The translations under genes and the position numbers were made by a program. From positions 1 through 29,818 of the IMG/VR virus record IMGVR_UViG_3300044723_007644: a stretch of DNA of 29,818 nucleotides, one strand, 5' to 3'. The notes below the pieces were generated by a model. It did no database searches. It worked only from the letters and a program-made list of their open reading frames with translations, and was not told the origin of the DNA. This DNA comes from a virus (Duplodnaviria; Caudoviricetes). Shown here in pieces: positions 18,359 to 27,468 of this stretch; position 1 is the stretch's first letter; every line of letters starts with the position of its first letter.

Positions 18359-19789
18359 ATGCCAAGAGCAAAAAAGACTGCTACTAAAACACAAAAAAAA
18401 GTAGTAGCAAAAAAAGAGATTGTTAAAGATACATCTCAAGAGCTAGATTTAAAAAAGTTAAAAGCGGCACTTAAAAGAGAATTAAAAAAGGAGTTGCAAG
18501 GCCAAATAGATGAAAGTTTCCTGATGTGGGGAGCCGAATCAGAAGAGCCTGAACAAGCAGATGCATTTGTAGATATGGATTTGTTAAGAGCTGAAATATC
18601 AGCAGAGTTTAAAAAAGAGTTTGATAAAAAACTTGCTAAGATAAAAAGTATTAGTGCAGGAGAAACACAGGCTTTAAATTTATCTAATAATCTTGTTGAC
18701 ATAGAACAATCACAAGATGGTATAAGTGTAAAGACAGCAGGACAAGACGACATTGTTCTTACTGCAACAAAGAATGGTGCATTGGCTTTTGGAAACAAAG
18801 CACCAAGAGTATCAGGATTTGGTACAGCACATTTTAGGATGAAAGGTGCAGGTAAATCACCAATACCCTCAAATGGCCCTGGAAGCACAAGAGGGGTAAT
18901 TGTTGAAGGAGATGGTGATGACGATAAGACGTTTAGTTTTAGAGCTTTAAGTACTGGAAATAGACAAGGTTTTAATGTAGGTAGTACAGGTAAAGTAATG
19001 TTAGGTATAAGTGAAGACATTACCAATAGTTTATTTACTGCTTACAACAATGATAATGATGTAGATGGATTTAATGTTGTTTCTGCAAGTAAGTATTTTA
19101 CAGGAAATATGCTTAAATTACAAAATGCATCAGATATAAGAGACACATATAACTTTATAGATGCTAAAACTAATGCTTTTGAAGATAATCCTTTTAGTGT
19201 ATTTAGAGTTAATGGTTTAGGTGAAACATATACACATAAAGGGTTTTTTACTAATAGTACAGGATATGCAGAAGCATTTGAATGGGCAGACGGTAATAGA
19301 AACAATGAGGATCGCAATGGCTTAACAGTTGCAGTTAATGAGCAAGGAAAACTTATTGATGCAGGAGATGACAACGAAACCATAATAGGAGTAGTTGTAG
19401 AAAGTGCGGCAGTTGTTGGTAATGCAGGATGGAATATTTGGCAAAATTATGATAATTTTGAAGAAACCAAATACAAGAAATATAAAGTTGTAGAATGGAA
19501 AGATGACGCAGGTGTACTACATAGTAATTATTTAAGTTCATTAAGCCAAAACTTTGCACTTCCAGAAGATGCAATTATATATGAGACAGAATACGACGGT
19601 TCATCACTGACCCGTCCTGTACTAAAAGGAAACTTTGATGCAGGCAAGGAGTATGAGCCCAGATTAAAAAGAGGGTGGACACTGGTGGTATTAAAAGGTA
19701 CAGTGGCTATGTTTAAAGGACAAAATGTAAACAAGTCCTGGATTAAAATTAGAGATTTAAATGACGAATTAGAACAGCGAATTTTGTGA
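18359..19789 (+). CDS. Structural protein with C-terminal peptidase G2 (IMC autoproteolytic)-like domain
   Basis: GYAEAFEWADGNRNNEDRNG...IIGVV...AVVGNA...FDAGKEYEPR...WTLVVLKG pattern; basic, coiled-coil N-terminus. Confidence 0.7.
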   Translation: MPRAKKTATKTQKKVVAKKEIVKDTSQELDLKKLKAALKRELKKELQGQIDESFLMWGAESEEPEQADAFVDMDLLRAEISAEFKKEFDKKLAKIKSISAGETQALNLSNNLVDIEQSQDGISVKTAGQDDIVLTATKNGALAFGNKAPRVSGFGTAHFRMKGAGKSPIPSNGPGSTRGVIVEGDGDDDKTFSFRALSTGNRQGFNVGSTGKVMLGISEDITNSLFTAYNNDNDVDGFNVVSASKYFTGNMLKLQNASDIRDTYNFIDAKTNAFEDNPFSVFRVNGLGETYTHKGFFTNSTGYAEAFEWADGNRNNEDRNGLTVAVNEQGKLIDAGDDNETIIGVVVESAAVVGNAGWNIWQNYDNFEETKYKKYKVVEWKDDAGVLHSNYLSSLSQNFALPEDAIIYETEYDGSSLTRPVLKGNFDAGKEYEPRLKRGWTLVVLKGTVAMFKGQNVNKSWIKIRDLNDELEQRIL

Positions 19790-19793
19790 TAAT

Positions 19794-19801
19794 GATAAAT
19801 A
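19794..19801 (+). promoter_or_regulatory. Late-promoter-like motif GATAAATA
   Basis: Exact motif upstream of ATG 19846. Confidence 0.65.
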
Positions 19802-19845
19802 CATTATATAAATTTGCTAATAGAAAAATATTAGGGGTATAAAAA

Positions 19846-22338
19846 ATGGCAACAGCAATTCAAAGACGTCGAGGTACTACTACCCAGCATGGTTCATTTA
19901 CTGGACTGGCTGGTGAGATTACAATCGATACAACAAAAAATACGGTAGTCGTACATGACGGCTCAACAGCAGGTGGTGTTCCATTAGCAACAGAGTCTAG
20001 TGTATCATCTTTAGGTGGTGCAGACATTACAGCCGTTTTAGCAGGTTCTGGTTTAACAGGTGGCTCATCATCAGGTGATGCAACAATTAGTTTAGACTAC
20101 GAAAATTTAACAGGTAATTTGGTACCAAGTGCAAACAATACTTACAGTTTAGGTACTGCAAGTAGTGTTTGGAAAGACGTATTTGTTGGACCAGGTTCTT
20201 TATACGTTAATGGACAACAAGTATTATCAGATAATTCAGGTACTATACAAATTAGTGCAGATACTGGACAAAACATTAGTATTGTTACTACTGGTGCAGG
20301 TAGTGTTGAATTAACATCAGGTTCTGGTGTAATTGAAATGAAATCTAATGTCCAAATGACATCAGGTAAAACAATTAGCACAGCAGGTGGCGGAGCCACT
20401 CAGCAAGGTGGTAATATTGATATGGATAGTAACAATATTAATAACCTTGATGATCCAGTACTGGCTCAAGACGGTGCCACTAAGGCATATGCAGATGGTT
20501 TATTAACTGGTGTAACATTTACAGCAGGTACTGGTTTAACAGGTGGCGGAACATTAGCCGCAGACAGAACATTTAATGTTGTAGGTGGTGATGGTATTAC
20601 CGCTAATGCAGATGATATAGAAGTAGATAACACAGTTGTAAGAACAAGTGGAACTCAAAGTATTGGTGGTACAAAAACATTTGATGATAACATTGTTTTT
20701 AGTGGAAATATAACAGTAAACGGAACACAAACAATTCTTAATACTGAAACATTAACAGTTGACGACAATATCATTGTACTCAATAACAACGAAGCAGGCA
20801 CCCCTAGCCAAGACGCTGGTATTGAAGTTGAACGTGGAACAGCCACAAACGTAAAATTACAATTTGACGAAAGTGCAGATGTTTGGCAGTTTACAAATAA
20901 CGGCTCAGATTATTTTACTATTCAAACAACAGCAGATACAAGAGCATTAGTAAGTGTAACAGATTCAGGTGGAGACGGAAGTCTAACATATACATCAGGA
21001 ACAGGTGTATTTGAATATACAGGACCTAGTGCGGCAGAAACACAAGCTCACTTTAGTGCCACAGATGCAGGTGGAGACGGTAGTTTCTCATACAGCGATG
21101 GTGTATTTACATATACAGGACCTAGTGCCACAGAAGTTAGAGCACATATCAGTGTTACTGATAATGGTGGTGATGGTGCATTAAGTTATGATAATAGTAC
21201 TGGTGTTATATCATACACAGGCCCAGCAACATCAGAAGTTGCGGCGCATTTAAGTGTAACTGATGCTGGTGGAGATGGTTCATTAGCATATAATGACAGC
21301 ACAGGTGTATTTACTTATACTGGCCCAAGTGCATCAGAAGTTAGAGCTCATATAAGTGGTGGAACAGGAATTACAGTTAGTTCAGGTGAAATTAGTGTTA
21401 CAGCAGGTAGTATTGGTGCAACACAATTAGAAGCGACATCCGTTACAGCAGGTATATATGGTGATGCAGATAGTGTTTCTCAAGTTACTGTTGATGCAGA
21501 TGGACGTGTCACAGGTGCAAGTAATGTTAATATTGCAATAGCCAGTGGTGCAGTTAGTGGATTGGCAGACTCAGCCACAACAAACGCCCTAGATGCTAGT
21601 AATATTAATGCAGGTACATTAGCAAGTGCTAGGTTACCAGACTTAACTGTTGCAGATTTTGCCGGAGCGGCAATACAAGTTGCTTCAGAAAGTTATGCAG
21701 ATAATGACACTTCATTAATGACATCAGCGGCTATTCAGGATAAGATACAAGCATTTGGCTACTCAACAACCACAGGTACTGTAACAAGTGTTAGTGGTGG
21801 TGATGGACTATCAGGTACAGTTAGTACTTCCGGTTCATTAGCAGTTGACTTAACAGATACAGCAGTATTTACAAGTACAAATACAGCAAGTAGAGCCGTA
21901 GTTAGAGATGGAAGTGGTAACTTTGCCGCAGGAACCATAACTGCTACAGCAACACAGGCTCAATATGCGGATTTGGCTGAGAAATACGAAAGTGATTCAG
22001 AGTACGCACCAGGAACAGTAGTAGTGTTTGGTGGTGAAGCAGAAGTTACTGAGTGTACCTCAACAGGAAATCATGCAGTAGTTGGTGTAATTAGTACAGA
22101 TCCAGCATATATGATGAATAGCGAAGCAGAAGGACAATATGTTGCTTTAACAGGAAGAGTTCCTTGTAAAGTTACAGGTCCAGTTGCAAAAGGTGATTTA
22201 CTAGTTACCTCATCAGAAAGCGGACATGCAGAAGTAAACAATGACGCAAAACCAGGAACAATCCTTGGTAAAGCGATAGGCGAAAATCCAGAAGGAAATG
22301 GGCCAGCAATCATTGAAGTACTTGTTTCATTAATGTAA
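19846..22338 (+). CDS. Fibre protein with Mtd-N/hyaluronidase-like N-terminal anchor and peptidase-G2-like C-terminus
   Basis: IQRRRGTT...FTGLAGEITIDT...VVVHDGSTAGG N-terminus; four GDGSL.Y...TGV..YTGP repeats; AQYADLAEKY C-terminal domain paralogous to 11339..15322. Confidence 0.8.
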   Translation: MATAIQRRRGTTTQHGSFTGLAGEITIDTTKNTVVVHDGSTAGGVPLATESSVSSLGGADITAVLAGSGLTGGSSSGDATISLDYENLTGNLVPSANNTYSLGTASSVWKDVFVGPGSLYVNGQQVLSDNSGTIQISADTGQNISIVTTGAGSVELTSGSGVIEMKSNVQMTSGKTISTAGGGATQQGGNIDMDSNNINNLDDPVLAQDGATKAYADGLLTGVTFTAGTGLTGGGTLAADRTFNVVGGDGITANADDIEVDNTVVRTSGTQSIGGTKTFDDNIVFSGNITVNGTQTILNTETLTVDDNIIVLNNNEAGTPSQDAGIEVERGTATNVKLQFDESADVWQFTNNGSDYFTIQTTADTRALVSVTDSGGDGSLTYTSGTGVFEYTGPSAAETQAHFSATDAGGDGSFSYSDGVFTYTGPSATEVRAHISVTDNGGDGALSYDNSTGVISYTGPATSEVAAHLSVTDAGGDGSLAYNDSTGVFTYTGPSASEVRAHISGGTGITVSSGEISVTAGSIGATQLEATSVTAGIYGDADSVSQVTVDADGRVTGASNVNIAIASGAVSGLADSATTNALDASNINAGTLASARLPDLTVADFAGAAIQVASESYADNDTSLMTSAAIQDKIQAFGYSTTTGTVTSVSGGDGLSGTVSTSGSLAVDLTDTAVFTSTNTASRAVVRDGSGNFAAGTITATATQAQYADLAEKYESDSEYAPGTVVVFGGEAEVTECTSTGNHAVVGVISTDPAYMMNSEAEGQYVALTGRVPCKVTGPVAKGDLLVTSSESGHAEVNNDAKPGTILGKAIGENPEGNGPAIIEVLVSLM

Positions 22339-22353
22339 ACAATAAAGAATTAT

Positions 22354-22384
22354 AAAAAAAGGAGCATTTATGCTCCTTTTTTTT
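22354..22384 (+). terminator. Rho-independent terminator (symmetric, possibly bidirectional)
   Basis: aaaaaaaggagcat-tt-atgctcctttttttt. Confidence 0.88.
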
Positions 22385-22422
22385 GACTTGTATTTCATAA
22401 CAATGTGTTTAATAGCGAAACT

Positions 22423-22430
22423 GATAAATA
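22423..22430 (+). promoter_or_regulatory. Late-promoter-like motif GATAAATA heading the csg operon
   Basis: Exact motif between terminator and ATG 22463. Confidence 0.65.
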
Positions 22431-22462
22431 CACGGTAGAGAGTAACAAACACAGGAAGTAAT

Positions 22463-22759
22463 ATGGAAGATATCTTTAGATTAATTGCGGAGGTAGGAGC
22501 CCCCATCGCTGGTAGTATGGCAATGGGATTTTTTATCTTTTTGGTTATCAAACAAATAATGCAAGGTATTGTAGAACAGGTTAAGACACTTACAATTTTT
22601 TGTAAAAGTTTAGAAGCCAGAGCCAGTACAATGAGTAATGAAATGATGAAAATTGATTTACTTGTTAGTAGTGCATTAGAATTGAGACCAGATATTGAAC
22701 GTATTGCAAGAGCAGAAAACTTCGTCGAGGACGGCAAGGTTGATGCTAGGAGAGATTAA
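22463..22759 (+). CDS. Small single-pass membrane protein with coiled coil
   Basis: LIAEVGAPIAGSMAMGFFIFLVI TM segment, then helical tail; AGGAAG RBS. Confidence 0.7.
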   Translation: MEDIFRLIAEVGAPIAGSMAMGFFIFLVIKQIMQGIVEQVKTLTIFCKSLEARASTMSNEMMKIDLLVSSALELRPDIERIARAENFVEDGKVDARRD

Positions 22760-23052
22760 TGGATTTAGGTGCATTAATTTCAGAATTTGGTTTTCCAGTT
22801 GTAATGACTGTAGGACTTGGTTACTTTATATATTACATATGGAACTTTATTGGTGAACATATAGATCCTGCATTAGAGGATATGCATTTTGCATTAATAA
22901 GAGTTATAGATAAAACTCGTATGCTAGATCAAGATATGATACGTTTACAACAGAAAGTAAATGTGGTGTTGGAATATAAAGCAACACAAAAAATATTAGA
23001 GCAAGATAAAATGAAAGAGGCTCTAGCGAAACAGGAAGGGAAGAAAAAATGA
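22759..23052 (+). CDS. Small single-pass membrane protein with coiled coil (paralog-like to previous)
   Basis: LISEFGFPVVMTVGLGYFIYYIW TM segment; TAATG coupling and AGGAG RBS. Confidence 0.7.
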   Translation: MDLGALISEFGFPVVMTVGLGYFIYYIWNFIGEHIDPALEDMHFALIRVIDKTRMLDQDMIRLQQKVNVVLEYKATQKILEQDKMKEALAKQEGKKK

Positions 23053-23615
23053 ATATTAAAGATAAAACATTATTGAAACAACAATTCAGTAATCAAGGAC
23101 TTTGGAGTAACGAAGCAGTTTTTAAAATATTTTGTTTTGGTTGCTTAATAGGAGCATTACTTATGGCTCCAGTTGTAATGGCAGACGAAATTAAATTTAA
23201 ATTCAAAAACCCTAGTTTTAGTGGACAAGGAACAGGTGCTCATTATTTGACTATTGAGAACCAGGAAAAGTCACGTAGAGATAAAATTAAATCAGATATA
23301 GAAGCGGCATTAAAGGCGGCTGAAAGAGCAGACGACAATTCAACAATTAATAAATTTATTAGAAATTTGGAGAGTAGGATTTATTCACAAATTTCTAAAG
23401 GATTAGTTGATAGTATGTTTTGTGATCCAGCAACAGTAATCAGTTGTACAGGGTCAACCAGTGGAGCATTTGATATTGAGGGTAATACAGTATCATATCA
23501 AATAGTCACAAATGCAGATGGATTAGAAGTTATACAACTCACAATAGTAGATCCAGATGGAACTATTACTACTATTGAAATACCAATTGGCATAGGCCAA
23601 ATTGCAGGCGGTTAA
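23049..23615 (+). CDS. csgF: Curli assembly protein CsgF homolog
   Basis: Signal peptide ending VMA, then DEIKFKFKNPSFSG..G.HYLTIEN.E (CsgF NPxFGG-type N-terminus), F..NLESRIYSQIS, IVDPDGTITTIEIP; directly upstream of csgG. Confidence 0.85.
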   Translation: MNIKDKTLLKQQFSNQGLWSNEAVFKIFCFGCLIGALLMAPVVMADEIKFKFKNPSFSGQGTGAHYLTIENQEKSRRDKIKSDIEAALKAAERADDNSTINKFIRNLESRIYSQISKGLVDSMFCDPATVISCTGSTSGAFDIEGNTVSYQIVTNADGLEVIQLTIVDPDGTITTIEIPIGIGQIAGG

Positions 23616-24649
23616 TGAATAAAATATTAGTAACAGCACTGATAGGTGTTTTATTTTTAAGCGGATGCGCCAGTGTAGCGATACCCGGTGATAAGGTATG
23701 TATGACAGATTTTCTTGAATGTGTGGAAGAACCACAAAAAGTAGAACTCCCCACATATAGAAAATTACGATATTTGCCACCGGCAGAAACAATGCCTGTT
23801 GTTGCTATATATCAATTTGGTGATGGAACAGGACAAAGAAAAAGTCAAGACGGAGTTGCTAGTTTTAGTACAGCAGTTACGCAAGACGCAAAAAGTTTAT
23901 TAGTAGACGCTCTAAAGGCGGCAGGTTCAGGAGAGAATCCAAAAGGAACTTGGTTTAGAGTAGTTGAAAGAGGACTGGGTTTAGATAACTTAGTCAGAGA
24001 AAGACAAATAGTTCGAAGTACTCGATCAGAACAAGCCAAACAGGCAGGATTAGATGAGTTCCAAGAACTACAGCCAATGTTATTTGCTGGAATGATATTA
24101 GAAGGAGGCGTAATAGGATACGACACTAATATTGAAACAGGAGGTACAGGGGCAAGATATTTGGGTATTGGGACAACAAACCAATATCGAAGAGATAGCA
24201 TAGTTATATCATTAAGAGCCGTTTCCACACTTACAGGCGAAGTGATATTAAATGTGCAAACACAGAAGACCGTTTTAAGTTCAGGTCAAGCAGGAGATGT
24301 ATTTAGATTTCTAGATATGGATACTAGGTTGTTAGAACTTGAGAGCGGAATGACACAAAACGAAAGTGTGACATTTGCGGTGAGATCGGCGATTGAAGCC
24401 GCGGTGTTAGAACTCATTAAGCAAGGTGATGAAAGAGGATACTGGAAAATAGTATATCCGGAAGATTGGGACGAACAGGTAGAGGAGCAAGAGCAAGCCT
24501 ACTGGATGAGTCTTAAAGAATCTGGTGTTCTTCCTGACGAGGAGGATAGAAAACAATTTTCTAAAAATCCTAATGATTTACCACTTTGGAAGAGGGTTCT
24601 TCTAAAGAATAATAAACCAATATTGGAGAAAAATAATGAAGATATTTAA
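23615..24649 (+). CDS. csgG: Curli secretion channel CsgG homolog (outer-membrane lipoprotein)
   Basis: Lipobox LSGC; VAIYQFGDGTGQRK, FSTAVTQ, WFRVVER.GLDNLVRERQIVRS, EGGVIGYDTN..TGG.GARYLGIG, QYRRD, NESV..AVRSAIEAAV. Confidence 0.95.
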   Translation: MNKILVTALIGVLFLSGCASVAIPGDKVCMTDFLECVEEPQKVELPTYRKLRYLPPAETMPVVAIYQFGDGTGQRKSQDGVASFSTAVTQDAKSLLVDALKAAGSGENPKGTWFRVVERGLGLDNLVRERQIVRSTRSEQAKQAGLDEFQELQPMLFAGMILEGGVIGYDTNIETGGTGARYLGIGTTNQYRRDSIVISLRAVSTLTGEVILNVQTQKTVLSSGQAGDVFRFLDMDTRLLELESGMTQNESVTFAVRSAIEAAVLELIKQGDERGYWKIVYPEDWDEQVEEQEQAYWMSLKESGVLPDEEDRKQFSKNPNDLPLWKRVLLKNNKPILEKNNEDI

Positions 24650-25427
24650 AAACTTAGCGGTTGGTGTCTTCGCTTTAATCGGCCTTATGGCTAATCCGGT
24701 ACTTGCAGATGATAATGAAGTGTTACTAGACCAAGACGGTGACAATTTAACTTTAACAATCTTACAAGCAGGTACAGGTAATACTCTGTCAGGTGACAGT
24801 ACCCAAAGTAGTGATTTATTACTAAGAGGATCTAGTATAATATTAGATCTTATACAAGATGGTGATAATAACGACTTTTTTGGTAGTTTGATACTTGATG
24901 GTAGTGGGTCAAGTGTTTTAGACTTCTATATGTTAGGAGACGGAAACATTTGGGACTTAAACATAGGTGCAACAGGATCAAGTGACTATGCTGATATGCT
25001 TGTAGATATACAAGGTGACAGCAACTTATTTGATATGGATGTAGGCGGAAATGCCAGTGCAGAATACCTTAACTTTGATTTAGTAATACTAGGAGACAGT
25101 AATGACTTTGATAGTTCTTTTACTAACAGTAATGTTTGGGCGGCCGGAGTTGGCACAAATAACACTGGAACAAGCACTATGACAGGTATCATAATAGATA
25201 CTGATAATGTTGTTTGGAACTTTGACATAAACGGTGGCAACAACAACTTCGCAACTTTACAAAATGGTAATAGTGGAGCAAGTATAACAGCAGACATAGA
25301 CGGTAGTAACGGAGATTTCCAGTTTACACAGAATATGACTACAACTTGTACACCCGCTTGTACTGGTGTAATTGATGTTGAGATAGACAGCGAAAATGCT
25401 TCAGTTAGTATTAAACAAACCGACTAG
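24636..25427 (+). CDS. Secreted acidic curlin-repeat-like beta-solenoid protein
   Basis: Signal peptide (VLA/D); repeats TLTILQAGTGN, LDLIQDGDNN, LVDIQGDSN, DLVILGDSN, NFATLQNGN; follows csgG. Confidence 0.65.
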   Translation: MKIFKNLAVGVFALIGLMANPVLADDNEVLLDQDGDNLTLTILQAGTGNTLSGDSTQSSDLLLRGSSIILDLIQDGDNNDFFGSLILDGSGSSVLDFYMLGDGNIWDLNIGATGSSDYADMLVDIQGDSNLFDMDVGGNASAEYLNFDLVILGDSNDFDSSFTNSNVWAAGVGTNNTGTSTMTGIIIDTDNVVWNFDINGGNNNFATLQNGNSGASITADIDGSNGDFQFTQNMTTTCTPACTGVIDVEIDSENASVSIKQTD

Positions 25428-26562
25428 ATTATTAGTCGCAGTTTTGCTAATTGCAATAGGAAACTCATACGCCGCCGAGCCAATTGGCGGCGTAATTGAG
25501 CAAAGTGGAAAGGCTGGAAGTATTGTAAGGCTTTCAGGAGAAGAATTAATAGCAAACTTACAAACAGACATAGTTAGTTTTGACGAAGTTGAAACAGAAA
25601 ATGGCAGACTTAAAATACAGTTTGTTGACGAAACGCAAGTCAGTTTAACAGAACATACATATATGGAAATAGATGAATATGTGTATGATCCAGACCCCAG
25701 TAAAAGTAAAATGGCACTAAATTTTGTACAAGGTACAGCCAGATTTGCTACTGGCGGATTAGGCTTAGTCCCAAAAGAAAACATACAAATTCAAACTCCC
25801 ACCGCCACAATTGGTATTAGGGGAACAGATTTTACTACCACAGTAGATGAACTGGGTAGAAGTTTAGTTATATTACTGCCAGATGCAGATTGTGATGATA
25901 CTATAAAATTAGAGTATGGGTGTAGACCCAGTGGAAGTATCACGGTAACCAATGACGGCGGAACTGTAATATTAGAAGAAGCCTTTCAGGCAGTAATGGT
26001 TAGCACATTTGAAACAGCACCTACAAATCCTGTGGTGATAATGGACTTAGATTTAAATATGATAGACAATATGTTTATTGTGAGCGAACCAAAAGAAATA
26101 ACAGTAGCAAAAGAAGAACAAATACAAGAATTAAAAGGCGATGGCGGACTATTAGATTTTGACGGGTTAGACAAAGACTTTTTAGAAAGTGAAGATTTAG
26201 GTAAAGCCGCAGAACGAGAATTAGAATTTACAGAATTAGACATCAATTTTTTAGATGTTGACTTCTTAAGAGATCTTTTAGATGTCTTGGAAGAAAAAGA
26301 TGCATTAGCAGGACAAGAAGAAGCCAGTGGTAGTGATAGGCTAGTAGACAGAGGTTTTGGATTGCAACCAGACAACCAATTCAACATAGTACCAGATGTG
26401 GACGGTAAAGTATTTTTTCTCAGAGTCAGTACAAATTATGTGGGATTAAAAATTAAAAGAGGGCAATCAGGGCAAATAGAAATAAGAGACAAAGACCTAG
26501 GAGAAACTGTGATGTGCCTAAATAACTGTGAAGGAATTACTATTACAATTACACAAGAGTAA
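25396..26562 (+). CDS. Exported FecR-domain protein with acidic C-terminal linker
   Basis: Signal peptide; D.VETENGRLKIQFVDETQVSLTEHT...IDEYVYDP...GTARF.TG...IQTPTATIGIRGTDF. Confidence 0.85.
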   Translation: MLQLVLNKPTRLLVAVLLIAIGNSYAAEPIGGVIEQSGKAGSIVRLSGEELIANLQTDIVSFDEVETENGRLKIQFVDETQVSLTEHTYMEIDEYVYDPDPSKSKMALNFVQGTARFATGGLGLVPKENIQIQTPTATIGIRGTDFTTTVDELGRSLVILLPDADCDDTIKLEYGCRPSGSITVTNDGGTVILEEAFQAVMVSTFETAPTNPVVIMDLDLNMIDNMFIVSEPKEITVAKEEQIQELKGDGGLLDFDGLDKDFLESEDLGKAAERELEFTELDINFLDVDFLRDLLDVLEEKDALAGQEEASGSDRLVDRGFGLQPDNQFNIVPDVDGKVFFLRVSTNYVGLKIKRGQSGQIEIRDKDLGETVMCLNNCEGITITITQE

Positions 26563-26568
26563 TAAATA
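26561..26568 (+). promoter_or_regulatory. Late-promoter-like variant AATAAATA, 5 nt before ATG
   Basis: aataaata-ctatt-ATG with no SD; same spacing as 15349 and 28994. Confidence 0.45.
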
Positions 26569-26573
26569 CTATT

Positions 26574-27416
26574 ATGAACATAGACGAAAAATTAAACAAA
26601 ATGGAACCAAAGGATACACCACTATTGGTGTTGGGTTATATCTTATTGGGTATGATGTTATTAATACCTGCTACAGCAAATGCACAAGACAATGAAGTAT
26701 TATTAGACCAAACAGGCAATAATATTGATTTAACAATTTTACAAGCAGGATATGATAACAAAATAAATTTTAGTATTGGTGGTACTGATAATGTGGTTGA
26801 CTTATTACAACAAGGCAATGGTGGATATATTGGGTACACATCTGTTTGGGGTAGTGGTCTTGCTTGGGGCGGAGATTTATCTGGTAATTACAATAATCTT
26901 AATATTGTACAAACGTGTAATCAAGGATCATCCTGTGGGGGTGATAGATTTGAATTTCATATACAGGGTAATAGCAATGATGTAGACTTCTATCAAGGAT
27001 ATCACGTAACAAGTTCAGGCACGGTGTTAGCAATTGATGATTACGAGTATGGCGGCCATTTTGTACAACTGGATATTCACGGTTCAAATAATACATTTTT
27101 AGGAAGTCAACGTTCAAACAACTCCGGACACGAACATTCGAACACTACTAACATCTACGGTAATTACAATGATGTGTACGCAAGACAAGAAGGCAACCAA
27201 GACAAAACACTTAATTTAACAATCAATAATAGTTCCAATGATGTTGATATGATACAAAAGGGAAGTGCGACACATACTGCCACAGTCACACTAAGTGGAA
27301 CGTATTCTACTACTTTAAATATGCTTCAACAAGGAGGCACAGCACAATCATATACACTCAGCCAAACCTGTGCAACAGTTGGTGGTTGTTCAGTCTCAGT
27401 CACTCAAGGAAATTAA
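26574..27416 (+). CDS. Secreted curlin-repeat protein (CsgA/CsgB-like)
   Basis: Signal peptide (ANA/Q); N-x5-Q-x-G repeats NVVDLLQQG, NDVDFYQG, NDVYARQEG, NDVDMIQKG, TTLNMLQQG; Asn/Gln/Gly-rich. Confidence 0.75.
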   Translation: MNIDEKLNKMEPKDTPLLVLGYILLGMMLLIPATANAQDNEVLLDQTGNNIDLTILQAGYDNKINFSIGGTDNVVDLLQQGNGGYIGYTSVWGSGLAWGGDLSGNYNNLNIVQTCNQGSSCGGDRFEFHIQGNSNDVDFYQGYHVTSSGTVLAIDDYEYGGHFVQLDIHGSNNTFLGSQRSNNSGHEHSNTTNIYGNYNDVYARQEGNQDKTLNLTINNSSNDVDMIQKGSATHTATVTLSGTYSTTLNMLQQGGTAQSYTLSQTCATVGGCSVSVTQGN

Positions 27417-27431
27417 AATTATCCTAAACAC

Positions 27432-27460
27432 TTGACAAGCAGTACTCTTTCTGCTATAAT
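27432..27460 (+). promoter_or_regulatory. Consensus sigma70 promoter
   Basis: TTGACA-17 nt-TATAAT, perfect match; ATG 8 nt downstream. Confidence 0.85.
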
Positions 27461-27468
27461 AGTTAATC

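Noticed and set aside
19846-22338. Diversity-generating retroelement target because of the Mtd-like N-terminus
   Set aside because: No reverse transcriptase and no template/variable repeat pair with adenine-specific mismatches in the window; the C-terminus is a chaperone-type domain.
1012-27117. Many short ORFs antisense to or nested in long genes (e.g. 3286..3852, 7777..8235, 9590..10222, 11419..12090, 18436..19026, 22330..22737)
   Set aside because: Shadow frames of well-supported genes, explained by codon bias; no RBS, promoter or recognisable motifs.
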